Source: Lachnospiraceae bacterium (GTDB lineage: Bacteria > Bacillota > Clostridia > Lachnospirales > Lachnospiraceae). Taken from it: a stretch of DNA of 64,000 nucleotides. The position numbers were made by a program, and so were the translations under genes. Of the stretch, positions 11,017 to 21,040 are shown in pieces; positions within the stretch are counted from its first letter, which is position 1, and every line of letters begins with the position of its first letter. Below the pieces are notes generated by a model. The model did not search any database, was not told where the DNA came from, and worked only from the letters and a program-made list of their open reading frames with translations. The stretch is from positions 125,869-189,868 of the forward strand of contig JAIKZO010000058.1 of the NCBI GenBank assembly GCA_024682115.1. Reading direction: 5' to 3'.

Positions 11017-11808
11017 TCAGTCCTGGAACGGTTCTGCAAATGAACCGGCGGGCGAGATGGGTTCTCCCGATCTTCTCAGATGCATACAATCTCCCATGAC
11101 CTGAACTCTGAAATACGCTTCGTCTTCCCATCTTTCTTCGGTTGAAAGTATCGTGACCGAACTTGCAGGGAGGAAAAAGCCATGTGCAAGGGACTCGAAC
11201 GGGATGTTTATCAGGTGAGATATCATAAGAAGGGCAACTCCCAGGTGACAAAAGAAGACCAGGACCGTTTCTTCTTTAGGATCATCGTAAGGGGAGTTGT
11301 TTTTTACTTTATTGTTATCTCCGACGGTAGAAGTCAGATATCTTTTCTTTGCATTGAGATTTCTGTAGAATCTTCCTTCTCTGATGTAACCGAATTCCTT
11401 AAGGATACCGTCGATGCCCGTTATGACTTCATCATATTTTTCGGGGATCATTTTATTATCTGAGATACAGGGATACCCGAAAAATCCGTTTCCTTCCTTA
11501 AACATGCAATCATATCGGGTCCAATCGCTGGGGATAAAGTCCCACGGAACTCCTTTGCGCCCGGTTACGGGATCGATAACGTTATAGGCAAATTCATGTA
11601 AAAAAGGGAGGGTGACTGCGTCCATCCCGAGAGCTTCCAGAGAGAATGATGCAGTATCCCTGGCCCTTCCCTGGGGAGAGAGATAGCATTTTGTTACATT
11701 CCAGTCCTTTGCTCTTAAGGACAGCAAACGTGCTTCTTCCCAGCCTTTGGGAGTAAGCGAATCTTTGATATAATCGGGTTCCGCATGTCTTACAAAAATG
11801 AGTTTCAT
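11017..11808 (-). CDS. Histidine phosphatase (phosphoglycerate-mutase-like) family protein
   Basis: N-terminus MKLIFVRHAEPDY is an RHG-type motif with G replaced by A. A late His lies in FFCHLGV. Its stop abuts the stop of the convergent upstream gene. Confidence 0.65.
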   Translation of the reverse strand: MKLIFVRHAEPDYIKDSLTPKGWEEARLLSLRAKDWNVTKCYLSPQGRARDTASFSLEALGMDAVTLPFLHEFAYNVIDPVTGRKGVPWDFIPSDWTRYDCMFKEGNGFFGYPCISDNKMIPEKYDEVITGIDGILKEFGYIREGRFYRNLNAKKRYLTSTVGDNNKVKNNSPYDDPKEETVLVFFCHLGVALLMISHLINIPFESLAHGFFLPASSVTILSTEERWEDEAYFRVQVMGDCMHLRRSGEPISPAGSFAEPFQD

Positions 11809-11853
11809 GGTTAATATATTATCACAGGTGATTTTTTAATTCCATAAACATTT

Positions 11854-11882
11854 TTGTAACATATGTTCGATTGTGATATAGT
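11854..11882 (+). promoter_or_regulatory. Sigma-A-like promoter placing +1 on the ATG of the next gene (leaderless candidate)
   Basis: TTGTAA (11854-11859), 17 nt, TGa-TATAGT (11874-11882). The ATG at 11889 is 7 nt after the -10 hexamer, and there is no SD. Confidence 0.4.
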
Positions 11883-11888
11883 GTTTTT

Positions 11889-12284
11889 ATGGCTGAATAT
11901 AAGAAGGACATAATACTTATATCATTCGTTCTTTTGATCATAATATCGCTTTTTACGGTGAGTTTTACCATAGGAGATCCCGGAAAGAGCACAAACGGAA
12001 AAAAGAATGCTGCCATATATATAAACGGTGAGCTATACGAAAAGATCGATCTTAATGAAGATAAGGAGATCAGGATAGATACCGCAAAAGGATATAATAT
12101 TATATCCGTAAAAAACGGGGAGATCTCGGTGACCGGAGCCGATTGTCCGGGAGGAACGTGCATAAATACCGGTGCGATACATGAAAATGGTTCGTTCATA
12201 GCCTGTCTTCCGCATGAGTTATTTATCCGTGTGGAAACCGATGATCACGATAAGGAGGATGAGCTGGATGCGGTCGCATATTAA
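11889..12284 (+). CDS. NusG domain II-containing small membrane-anchored protein (DUF1312-like)
   Basis: An N-terminal TM helix, then a beta-rich domain with CPGGTC...C. This is the usual partner of the Gx-transporter gene that follows. Confidence 0.55.
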   Translation: MAEYKKDIILISFVLLIIISLFTVSFTIGDPGKSTNGKKNAAIYINGELYEKIDLNEDKEIRIDTAKGYNIISVKNGEISVTGADCPGGTCINTGAIHENGSFIACLPHELFIRVETDDHDKEDELDAVAY

Positions 12285-12795
12285 CGGAAAGATCGCAATA
12301 ACGGGAGTCCTGCTTTCGCTTGCGCTTATCCTTTCTTATGTTGAATCTCTTATTAGTTTTGACTCAGTATTTCCGGGTATCAAGCTCGGACTATCAAATC
12401 TTGCCGTAATCACAGCGCTTTTTGTTTCAGGACCTGTTTACGGTCTTGCGATATGTATACTTAAATCATTGCTGACGAGTCTGCTCTTCGGAAGTATGAC
12501 TTCGTTCATTTACAGTATCTGCGGTGCTTTATTTAGCTTTGCGGTAATGTTCCTGCTGTATATTATCGGCGGATTTCACATCCCGGTCATTTCCGTGGCG
12601 GGAGGCATTTTCCATAATCTCGGTCAGTTCATTGCGGCAGTCTATATAACCAAAACGTTCATTCCGGGTTTTTATCTGTTTTATGTTGCGATCCTGCTCG
12701 CAGCGGGAAGCATCTCGGGAGCGATAACCGGTTTTATCGCCAATCTTTGTGTACCGAAGATAAAGAAGATCATATCAAAAGAAGGAGAATCATAA
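12268..12795 (+). CDS. Gx transporter family protein (Hpre_diP_synt_I-like membrane protein)
   Basis: Five to six TM helices. ATG 12268 lies 9 nt after AAGGAGG; the track ORF starts further upstream at 12214. Confidence 0.55.
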   Translation: MRSHINGKIAITGVLLSLALILSYVESLISFDSVFPGIKLGLSNLAVITALFVSGPVYGLAICILKSLLTSLLFGSMTSFIYSICGALFSFAVMFLLYIIGGFHIPVISVAGGIFHNLGQFIAAVYITKTFIPGFYLFYVAILLAAGSISGAITGFIANLCVPKIKKIISKEGES

Positions 12796-13410
12796 TTGTT
12801 CGCACACATCAAAGGAATTCTTGAAGAAATATATGAAGACAGGGTAGTCGTTGACGTAAACGGTGTCGGATATAACATCCATGTTTCCACGAGGGTCCTT
12901 GGTGACCTGCCCGATACGGGAGCGGAAGTTAAACTCTATACGTTTACATCTGTCCGTGAAGATGCTTTTATCCTGTTCGGATTTTTGGATAAAGAAGATC
13001 TGTTCCTGTTTAAAAAGCTCATCACGGTAAACGGCATCGGCCCTAAAGGCGCGCTTTCGATCCTTTCCGGATTGGACGCGCAGGAACTGCGATATGCTAT
13101 TCTTTCGGGAGATTCAAAGCTTCTTTCTTTGTCTCCCGGTATCGGGAAAAAGACTGCGGAACGTATCATACTTGATCTTAAGGACAAGATCGACTGGGAT
13201 GTTAATGCCATATCTTCGGATATAATGAAGAACAAGCAGTCAGGATCGGCTTCCGGTGCCCTTGGCGGGGTGAGATCCGAGGCCGTTGAAGCATTGGTTT
13301 CCCTGGGATATAATCGAAAAGAAGCATCGTCCGCGGTTTTCAAGACCGGATCAGACGAAGATACCGATGTTGAAGCGATATTAAAAGAAGCACTTAAATA
13401 TCTGATGTGA
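12796..13410 (+). CDS. ruvA: Holliday junction DNA helicase subunit RuvA
   Basis: N-terminus [11 protein letters not shown] and HhH motifs ([19 protein letters not shown]). TTG start lies 8 nt after GAAGGAG. Confidence 0.9.
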   Translation: MFAHIKGILEEIYEDRVVVDVNGVGYNIHVSTRVLGDLPDTGAEVKLYTFTSVREDAFILFGFLDKEDLFLFKKLITVNGIGPKGALSILSGLDAQELRYAILSGDSKLLSLSPGIGKKTAERIILDLKDKIDWDVNAISSDIMKNKQSGSASGALGGVRSEAVEALVSLGYNRKEASSAVFKTGSDEDTDVEAILKEALKYLM

Positions 13411-13414
13411 TCAT

Positions 13415-14410
13415 ATGAATAAAGTAATCGAAACAAAACTTCTTGATGAAGACATTAAACTTGAAGGGTCTTTAAGACCCGAAAGACTCAGCCAGTATAT
13501 AGGCCAGGAGAATATCAAAGAAAGCCTGTCCATATTTATCGATGCGGCCAAAAAACGTAACGAAAGTCTGGATCATGTGCTTTTTTACGGCCCTCCGGGA
13601 CTTGGTAAGACCACTCTTGCATCCATAATAGCGAATGAAATGGGCGTAAGGATGAAGGTTACCTCAGGACCGGCCATTGAAAAGCCGGGAGAGCTTGCCG
13701 CTATCCTGAATTCGTTATCGGAAGGAGATGTTCTGTTCATCGATGAGATACACAGGCTTAACAGACAGGTGGAAGAGATCCTGTATCCTGCCATGGAGGA
13801 TTTTTGTATTGATATTATCATGGGAGAAGGAGCTTCTTCACGTTCGATGAGACTGCATCTTCCCAGATTTACTCTGGTAGGGGCAACAACAAGGGCGGGT
13901 CTTCTTACGGCTCCGCTCAGAGACAGATTCGGTATAATTCACAGGCTTGAGTATTATTCGGTTGAAGAACTGACAACGATCATTCTTCATTCGGCCAAAG
14001 TCCTTAATGTTCCGATCAAAACGGAAGGCGCAAGACAGATGGCCATAAGGTCCAGGGGTACACCCAGAATAGCCAACCGTATGCTCAAAAGAGTCAGGGA
14101 CTATGCCGAAGTCCGCGGAAACGGGATGATCGACGAAAAGCTTACTGTCAGTGCCCTTGATATGATGGGCGTCGATAAGATAGGGCTTGATAATATCGAC
14201 CAGGCAATGCTGCTTTCGATGATAGAAAAATTTAACGGAGGTCCTGTCGGTCTTGATACCATAGCCGCAGTCATTGGTGAGGATCCTTCAACGGTTGAAG
14301 ACGTAAATGAACCTTATCTTTTAAAAATGGGATTTATCAACAGAACCCCACGCGGAAGAGTGGTCACACCGCTTGCCTACTCCCATTTCGGGCTTGAATT
14401 TCCCGAGTAA
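13415..14410 (+). CDS. ruvB: Holliday junction DNA helicase RuvB
   Basis: Walker [10 protein letters not shown], Walker B FIDEIHRL, and conserved RuvB sequence throughout. Confidence 0.97.
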   Translation: MNKVIETKLLDEDIKLEGSLRPERLSQYIGQENIKESLSIFIDAAKKRNESLDHVLFYGPPGLGKTTLASIIANEMGVRMKVTSGPAIEKPGELAAILNSLSEGDVLFIDEIHRLNRQVEEILYPAMEDFCIDIIMGEGASSRSMRLHLPRFTLVGATTRAGLLTAPLRDRFGIIHRLEYYSVEELTTIILHSAKVLNVPIKTEGARQMAIRSRGTPRIANRMLKRVRDYAEVRGNGMIDEKLTVSALDMMGVDKIGLDNIDQAMLLSMIEKFNGGPVGLDTIAAVIGEDPSTVEDVNEPYLLKMGFINRTPRGRVVTPLAYSHFGLEFPE

Positions 14411-14451
14411 GGCTTTTATAATTAATCTTAGTTGTTTACAGGGGAGATTCT

Positions 14452-14850
14452 ATGTCAAACAAAACTGATACCGAGGTTATCATCGGCGGAAGAGTTCTTA
14501 CCCTTTCAGGCTTTGAATCCGAGGAATATCTACAAAAAGTAGCATCTTACATAAACAATAAGATCGCTGAATATAATAAAGTTGATTCTTTTAAACGTCA
14601 GTCTTCGGATATGCAGAACATTCTTTTGCAGCTGAATGTCGCAGATGACTATTTCAAGGCAAAAAAGCAGATAGAATCACTTCAGGAAGAGATCGAAAAC
14701 AAGGAAAAAGAGCTTTATAACATAAAACATGAGCTTATCGCTTCCCAGATCAAACTTGAAAATACGGAGAAAAACGTTAAGAATCTGCAGCATGATCTGA
14801 ATGAAGCGCAGAAAAAGATCGTTAAACTTGAAACAGAACTTGAAAATTAA
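14452..14850 (+). CDS. zapA: Cell division protein ZapA-like with a coiled-coil tail
   Basis: N-terminus VIIGGRVLTLSGFESEEYLQKVASYINNKI is ZapA-like, and the C-terminus is heptad-rich. Confidence 0.7.
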   Translation: MSNKTDTEVIIGGRVLTLSGFESEEYLQKVASYINNKIAEYNKVDSFKRQSSDMQNILLQLNVADDYFKAKKQIESLQEEIENKEKELYNIKHELIASQIKLENTEKNVKNLQHDLNEAQKKIVKLETELEN

Positions 14851-14872
14851 GGTGCTTTACGGCACCTTTTTT
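14851..14872 (+). terminator. Rho-independent terminator after zapA
   Basis: GGTGC-tttacg-GCACC followed by TTTTTT. Confidence 0.7.
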
Positions 14873-14898
14873 ACATATAAAGCGAAGGACAAGGAAAA

Positions 14899-17832
14899 GT
14901 GAGTACTCATGACATATTACTTGCAGTACAGTATATAACCATTACCGTACTGTTTGTTGAGATATTGATCGTTTTCTTAAGATGGAAGAAGCCTATCCAT
15001 TCTTATCTTTTTTTGACCTGCATTTCATCATTCATCTGCAATGTCGGTTACCTTCTGCAGATGAAGGCAGAGACTGAAGATGCGTATATAACTGCGCTAA
15101 AACTTTCATATGTAGGAAGGATATGGATGGTCTTTTCTTTTTTCCTTTTTACGGCCAGGCTTTGCAGAAAAAAGATACCAAGAGGACTCGTTGACTTTCT
15201 TGTATTGATCCATGTAGGTATATATGCGGCAGTTCTTTGCATAGGCACCAACAATTGGTTTTATCCCGAATACAGTTTTGTTCCTGATCCCGTTTTCCCA
15301 ACTTTTCATCATACAAACGGATATGCACATGATCTTCTGATCGGAATGAATTTCATTTTTGTCATCATAGGAATGACATGGATTCATTTGGCGTTTCGCA
15401 GAGAAAGGAACAAAGTTGCAAGATCCCGGCTTTTTATGCTGATACTTGCGTTCGGCGTTCAGATCATTGCTTTTTTGGCCCATGTATCGGGCTTTTTAAG
15501 CATTTCCAGATACTACGACCTTACAATGCCGGGATCGCTCCTTGGCAGTATATTCACGCTTGTCGCGATCCTTGGATTTGATCTTCTGGGTACAAGGGAA
15601 ATTGCGAGGGATTTCGTTATCGACAGGATATCCGAAGGGATAATAGCCGTTGATAATGACGGGAGGATCCAGTATTACAACGAACCGGTGACCAGGCTTT
15701 ATCCTGAATTTAAATCATTCTTTTCGCTGCACGGCGGATCGGAAAATGAAGAAGACAATGATGAAGATAAAGAAAACGGCGTGATCCTTAACGGATCGAA
15801 CAAACGTGTTCATACTCCTTATGACATCATATCGATCATTTCGGATGCCGTAAAAAGCGGAGAAACATTGAAGATCCGTGATCGAATATACACACCCGAG
15901 GTGAACGATCTTGTATACAAAGGAGAAACTTACGGTAAGCTTTATGCACTCGAAGATGATACGGAGCATTACAGGTACATGGAGGAACTCCGTGAACAAA
16001 GAGAGATAGCGGACAATGCCAACGAAGCCAAGAGTAAATTCCTGGCCAACATGTCGCATGAGATCAGAACCCCGATAAATGCAGTTCTCGGAATGGACGA
16101 GATGATATTGCGCGAGTCCGCAGAAAAACCGATCCGTGCATATGCTTCAGATATCATGTCGGCTGGACGTACACTTTTATCTTTGATCAATGATATCCTT
16201 GATCTTTCCAAGATAGAGGAAGGAAAGATGGAGATCATTCCGGTTCAGTATGATCTGGCATCTCTTATAAATGATCTGGTCAATATGATCCGCGACAGGG
16301 CTGTAAAGAAGGGACTGGAATTTAAAGTTTCGGTTGATGAGCATATCCCGCATATTCTTACCGGTGATGAGATAAGGATAAGACAGTGCGTCATGAACCT
16401 TCTTACAAATGCCGTGAAATATACGGAAACCGGAGAAGTGAATTTCAAAGTTTCATTCGAAAAAGACGACAATGGAATTATTAATCTTGGATTTACGGTT
16501 GAAGATACCGGTATAGGTATGAAAGACGAGGACATGGAAAATCTGTTCTCACCATACAAGCGTATCGAAGAAAAGAGAAACCGCACAATAGAAGGAACAG
16601 GTCTTGGAATGAGCATAACCAGGCAGCTGCTTGATCTGATGGGAACATCACTTAAGGTTAAGAGCGAATACGGCAAAGGTTCCGTTTTTGCGTTTACGGT
16701 TAAGCAGGAAGTTGTTAAATGGGAAGAAATCGGCGACATCTCAGATCGTATAAACGATATGTCTGATTCACATTACGAGTATCATGAGCTTTTCCATGCG
16801 CCCGATGCCAAAATTCTCGTTGTGGATGATACGGAGATGAACATTACAGTTATGCAGAGTCTTCTAAAAAAGACACGCATAAATATAGATACCGCCATGT
16901 CAGGTGCGGATGCACTGGTTCTTACTGGGGAAAATCACTATGATGTTCTCTTTATAGATCATATGATGCCTGATATGGATGGAATAGAGACACTTAAGAA
17001 TATACGCGCATCCGGATCGAATAAAGATGTTCCGGCGGTTGCGCTTACGGCTAATGCCGTTTCCGGTGCAAGAGAGATGTATCTGGAGGCTGGGTTTACG
17101 GATTATCTTTCTAAACCCGTTGACGGAGATAAACTCGAAAAGCTGCTTAGTGAGATGCTTCCCTCGGAAAAACTCATCGCCCCTTCAGATGATGATATGC
17201 CTTCGGATAAAACAGATGATAATGTAATGGACGATTCTTCCGACGACCTTATTGCGTTCCTTCAGGATGTATATGATATTGATGAACAGGCGGGCCTAAA
17301 AAACTGCGGAAATGAAGACGGTTACAGATCCGTTATCACTGTTTTCCATCAGACCGCACAGGCAAAAGCCGACGAGATCGAGGACCTTCTGAAAAACGAA
17401 GACATTGAAACCTATACGGTGAAAGTACATGCATTAAAGAGTTCGGCCAGGATAATAGGCGCCACTGCACTATCCGAACTTGCAAAGAATCTTGAAAATG
17501 CCGGAAAAAAATCCGACATGGAATTTATAAACACTAATACTGACAAGCTTCTTGATATGTACCGTCTGCTTGATTCCAAACTCACATTCCTTGACAGGAA
17601 GGAAGAAGTTCTTCCCGCGATTAGCGAAGACTCACTTATTGAAGCTTATCAGACCATGCTGGAGATCGCGGGAAGTATGGATTACGGTATGATGGATGAT
17701 CTGCTTAAAGATCTTCACGGGTATATGCTTCCAGATACTGACAAGGATTGGATCTTACAGATCGAGAGTATGCTTACACAGCTGGATTGGGACGGTATAA
17801 TAAAGATAGTAAGTGAGGCACGGCGGAAATGA
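14899..17832 (+). CDS. Hybrid sensor histidine kinase: multi-pass membrane sensor, PAS-like, HisKA, HATPase, receiver and Hpt domains
   Basis: About 6-7 N-terminal TM helices. H-box NMSHEIRTP (His codon 16057). N/G boxes (LLTNAVKYT, DTGIGM, GTGLGM). Receiver FIDHMMPDMDG (Asp codon 16957). Hpt HALKSSARIIGA (His codon 17428). GTG start. Confidence 0.9.
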   Translation: MSTHDILLAVQYITITVLFVEILIVFLRWKKPIHSYLFLTCISSFICNVGYLLQMKAETEDAYITALKLSYVGRIWMVFSFFLFTARLCRKKIPRGLVDFLVLIHVGIYAAVLCIGTNNWFYPEYSFVPDPVFPTFHHTNGYAHDLLIGMNFIFVIIGMTWIHLAFRRERNKVARSRLFMLILAFGVQIIAFLAHVSGFLSISRYYDLTMPGSLLGSIFTLVAILGFDLLGTREIARDFVIDRISEGIIAVDNDGRIQYYNEPVTRLYPEFKSFFSLHGGSENEEDNDEDKENGVILNGSNKRVHTPYDIISIISDAVKSGETLKIRDRIYTPEVNDLVYKGETYGKLYALEDDTEHYRYMEELREQREIADNANEAKSKFLANMSHEIRTPINAVLGMDEMILRESAEKPIRAYASDIMSAGRTLLSLINDILDLSKIEEGKMEIIPVQYDLASLINDLVNMIRDRAVKKGLEFKVSVDEHIPHILTGDEIRIRQCVMNLLTNAVKYTETGEVNFKVSFEKDDNGIINLGFTVEDTGIGMKDEDMENLFSPYKRIEEKRNRTIEGTGLGMSITRQLLDLMGTSLKVKSEYGKGSVFAFTVKQEVVKWEEIGDISDRINDMSDSHYEYHELFHAPDAKILVVDDTEMNITVMQSLLKKTRINIDTAMSGADALVLTGENHYDVLFIDHMMPDMDGIETLKNIRASGSNKDVPAVALTANAVSGAREMYLEAGFTDYLSKPVDGDKLEKLLSEMLPSEKLIAPSDDDMPSDKTDDNVMDDSSDDLIAFLQDVYDIDEQAGLKNCGNEDGYRSVITVFHQTAQAKADEIEDLLKNEDIETYTVKVHALKSSARIIGATALSELAKNLENAGKKSDMEFINTNTDKLLDMYRLLDSKLTFLDRKEEVLPAISEDSLIEAYQTMLEIAGSMDYGMMDDLLKDLHGYMLPDTDKDWILQIESMLTQLDWDGIIKIVSEARRK

Positions 17833-19640
17833 AAAATACCGTTATAAGAAAATTATCATTTGTAGCCCGCACCGTAAAAGCGAGTCTTGCTATGGTGATC
17901 CCGATCCTTTTTATAGGCAGCATTACTGTAATGCTCAACGGATTTCCCATTCAGGCTTATCAGGATTTTCTGGATTCCTTCCTTGGCGGAGCTCTTCGTG
18001 TCATAATCCAACTTATACAGGTTTCGACCGTTGGAATACTGGCTATCTACACTACAGTGGCTATCAACGTAGGTTATATGAACCAGACGGAAGAAGGCGA
18101 AAGGCTGGTTTTCAGGTTTGGAAGTCTTTTGGGATGTCTTGCGGGATTTTTTATAATAGTCGGATTTTTCACGGGAGAACCGGATCGATCACTTTTAAGC
18201 GGACAAGGGCTATTCAGTGCATTGCTTGCCGGTATCATCGGTTCCATGCTTTATCTCAGGTTTGCCAGGTTTTTTAATACACGTAAAGACATTTTTGTTG
18301 ACGGAGCAGACTCAGAGTTTAATGCGGCATTGCATGTTATACTTCCGTTCCTTGGTGTGACGCTTTGCTTTGCCTCGGTAAATTATCTTATCACTGTAAT
18401 ATTCCATACCGAGAGCATACAGCATCTTTTCATGAATGCGATGGATGCTCTCTTTATGAAGATGCACCGTTCATATTCGAGCGGACTTCTTTTTACAGTG
18501 ATGATCAGCTTTATGTGGTGGTTCGGTATCCACGGAAACAATGTTCTTAACCAGGTTTCTGAGGATATGTTCACTGCGATCTTACCCGGGGAGATTGTTT
18601 CAAAAAGTTTTATTGACACATTTGTCATTATGGGCGGAACAGGATGCGTTATTGGGCTTCTTATAGCGATGCTTCTTTTCGGGAAAAGAAGTTCAACCAG
18701 GAAACTTTTCCGAATGGCAGCCATCCCATGTATATTTAACATCTCGGAGCTTATGGTATTCGGGTTTCCCGTCATCTATAACCCTATGATGATCATCCCG
18801 TTCATACTGTCTCCGGCACTCTGTTTTTCAAATGCCTATTTAATGACAAAGATAGGGTTCATGCCACAGGTTACAAGTTCCGTTATTTGGACTACACCGG
18901 CTCTCCTTAGCGGATATCTGGCAACAGGCTCTGTGAGGGGAATCATCGTTCAGGTAATGAATATCATTATCTCTGTGGCCTGCTATTCACCTTTTCTCAT
19001 CGCGTATGAAAAAAGGTCGTTGGAAGAGTTTTCACAGACCATGGATGAACTTGTGGGGATGATCAAAGAATCCGAGGACGTCAATGAGAAAGTCATACTT
19101 ACCGAATGCAGCGGTAATGTGGGACGACTGACCAAGTTCCTTATAAATGACCTTGAAACTGCGCTTGATGCATCATCGTTTGAATTATCATCGGAAAATG
19201 TCGAGAATCCGCTGCTTATCGAGTATAAGATGAAGTATGACAATGAAGGCAGGATCACAGGAGCCGAATCACTCCTTCGCTGGGACCATAAAAGGTACGG
19301 AATGGTTTATCCGCCACTTATCGTTCACCTTGCAAAGGAAAGCGGGGATATCTATCGGCTTGAAACATATATCATGGAAAGATCCATCGGTGAATCTTCC
19401 GAGATGAGAAAGAAATATGGAAATGATTTCAGAATGTACGTTGATGTGACTATATCAACATTGTTTGATGACAGGTTTTTACCATTCCTGCAAGTAATGG
19501 CCGACCGCTATATGTTAAGGAGCGGAAATATATGTCTTAATATCGATGAAGAAACTGAACTCATTCCGACGAAAGCAACCGGTGAACTCATACGCAGGAT
19601 AAGATCCTTCGGTTATGTGTTTGCTTCAGATGAACAATAA
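17829..19640 (+). CDS. PTS EIIC-type (lactose/cellobiose family) permease fused to a truncated, degenerate EAL domain
   Basis: The N-terminal ~400 aa form a polytopic EIIC-like domain. The C-terminal ~150 aa carry LLIEYKMKYD...AESLLRWDH..YGMVYPPLIVHLAKESG...NIDEE, and the protein ends at FASDEQ where EAL domains have DDFG. The start overlaps the kinase stop (ATGA). Confidence 0.7.
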   Translation: MKNTVIRKLSFVARTVKASLAMVIPILFIGSITVMLNGFPIQAYQDFLDSFLGGALRVIIQLIQVSTVGILAIYTTVAINVGYMNQTEEGERLVFRFGSLLGCLAGFFIIVGFFTGEPDRSLLSGQGLFSALLAGIIGSMLYLRFARFFNTRKDIFVDGADSEFNAALHVILPFLGVTLCFASVNYLITVIFHTESIQHLFMNAMDALFMKMHRSYSSGLLFTVMISFMWWFGIHGNNVLNQVSEDMFTAILPGEIVSKSFIDTFVIMGGTGCVIGLLIAMLLFGKRSSTRKLFRMAAIPCIFNISELMVFGFPVIYNPMMIIPFILSPALCFSNAYLMTKIGFMPQVTSSVIWTTPALLSGYLATGSVRGIIVQVMNIIISVACYSPFLIAYEKRSLEEFSQTMDELVGMIKESEDVNEKVILTECSGNVGRLTKFLINDLETALDASSFELSSENVENPLLIEYKMKYDNEGRITGAESLLRWDHKRYGMVYPPLIVHLAKESGDIYRLETYIMERSIGESSEMRKKYGNDFRMYVDVTISTLFDDRFLPFLQVMADRYMLRSGNICLNIDEETELIPTKATGELIRRIRSFGYVFASDEQ

Positions 19641-19658
19641 ATAAAAGGAGAATTTTAC

Positions 19659-20561
19659 ATGGAAGAAAAAGGAAGACTGATACCGCCCTGGGCTGCCGAA
19701 ATGGATGAAAAAGATCACATATCATACGAACCGACTTATAAAAACGGTGAATATTTCGATCTTTTTGACAGAGGTGTTTACAAAGACAGATCCGGTATGG
19801 AACTTAAATATTTTTACTTTGATCCCGACCGGGATTCGGAAGATAAGAAAAAACTGCCGCTTCTGGTATTTCTTCACGGAACTGGAAACGCTCTTGTGGG
19901 AGATCTTTGTATCAACTATACGGGGGCTGAGCTTTATTCGTCGCCCAAATACCAGCAGAGCATGGGAGGCGCACGTATCCTGATACCAGTTGCCAACGAA
20001 TATGAAGGTGAGGATGGCAGGACGGCAGGCTTCTGGTGCCCCGATTATCTTGATCCGGTCCATTCCCTTATCATGGATCATATTAAAGAGAGAAAAGAAA
20101 TCACGGGTCCCGTATTCCTGTTCGGGAATTCATCAGGGGCAACTTTTGTATTGAGACTGATGGATAACTATATGGATGATTTTGATGTTGTGATACCTGT
20201 TGGGAGTGAAGCTCTGCCTGACGATCAGATCCTGGGTGAGTATGACAGGAAGGGTAAATATCTCTTTTTTGCTCTCGGGAAAAGAGATGAATTCCATAAT
20301 TTCAAAGAAAACGTTGAACCAAGGCTCCCGAGACTTGAAGCCATGAAACATTGCTTTATCTATAATCCCGATTGGGTAAGGAACGGGGATAAAGGGATCG
20401 CATCGATAAATTTCGGTTTTGAAATGGGACAGCATTGTCTGATGAACGGGATTCAGGCGAATCTGATGTTTGATGACGGAACACCCATGGATGACAGGCT
20501 TCCCGACGGAGTAACAGGATGGATAGCAAAGACGGTTAAAGAACTGGAGGAAATTAAATGA
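19659..20561 (+). CDS. Alpha/beta-hydrolase fold esterase/peptidase
   Basis: LLVFLHGTGN oxyanion-type region, nucleophile elbow G-N-S-S-G (FGNSSGA), and a late His (GQHCL). AAGGAG lies upstream. Confidence 0.6.
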   Translation: MEEKGRLIPPWAAEMDEKDHISYEPTYKNGEYFDLFDRGVYKDRSGMELKYFYFDPDRDSEDKKKLPLLVFLHGTGNALVGDLCINYTGAELYSSPKYQQSMGGARILIPVANEYEGEDGRTAGFWCPDYLDPVHSLIMDHIKERKEITGPVFLFGNSSGATFVLRLMDNYMDDFDVVIPVGSEALPDDQILGEYDRKGKYLFFALGKRDEFHNFKENVEPRLPRLEAMKHCFIYNPDWVRNGDKGIASINFGFEMGQHCLMNGIQANLMFDDGTPMDDRLPDGVTGWIAKTVKELEEIK

Positions 20562-21040
20562 ACCATAAAAAGAATTCAGTCTTAAACTTATTATTGGGAC
20601 TTTTTGCATTGATTTGCGGCTTTTTTGCTGCAAATATCGGAGCTACTGCTGCTATTATGAAGCGTTATTCATACAAATTACGGCAGCATAAGGAAGCAAA
20701 TAACAAGATGGATTCGTATTTTCTTCAGAATGAGATCGTGGAGATACATCCCGGGATCAATAATGCTTATATTTCTTTACTTTTCAGCAAGATAGATGTA
20801 AAGATCCCCAAACCCGACAGTGATCAGATGGATGTTGAGATCACATCATTTGCCGGCAAACTTAATATAGAACTGCCGACGGGAGTGACAGTCATCTGTA
20901 AGGGACGCGGTGGACTTGATTTTTCAAAGGAAGTTTCCGAAACAGGTCCCGTTATCAACCTTATCATAAATGATATGGCTACGTCATTGAACATTGGATT
21001 TGATGGAGATTCGGATGAGAGCAGTAGTAACCAGGGTTAA
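20558..21040 (+). CDS. Small membrane-anchored hypothetical protein with a beta-rich C-terminal domain
   Basis: One N-terminal TM helix, then a repetitive beta-strand-like segment (VEITSFAGKLNIELPTGVTVICKGRGG). GGAGG lies 7 nt upstream, with an ATGA overlap to the esterase stop. Confidence 0.5.
   Translation: MNHKKNSVLNLLLGLFALICGFFAANIGATAAIMKRYSYKLRQHKEANNKMDSYFLQNEIVEIHPGINNAYISLLFSKIDVKIPKPDSDQMDVEITSFAGKLNIELPTGVTVICKGRGGLDFSKEVSETGPVINLIINDMATSLNIGFDGDSDESSSNQG

Noticed and set aside
11014-11019. Convergent genes abutting stop-to-stop (TGATCA) with no terminator.
   Set aside because: It is real in the sequence, but probably just compact genome organisation. It is mentioned under the GT-C finding rather than as a separate signal.
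19641-19658. Looked for the missing second half of the EAL domain downstream, as a frameshifted pseudogene.
   Set aside because: Only 18 nt containing AAGGAG separate the stop from the esterase ATG. No frame downstream encodes DDFG or EAL C-terminal motifs, so this is not a simple frameshift.
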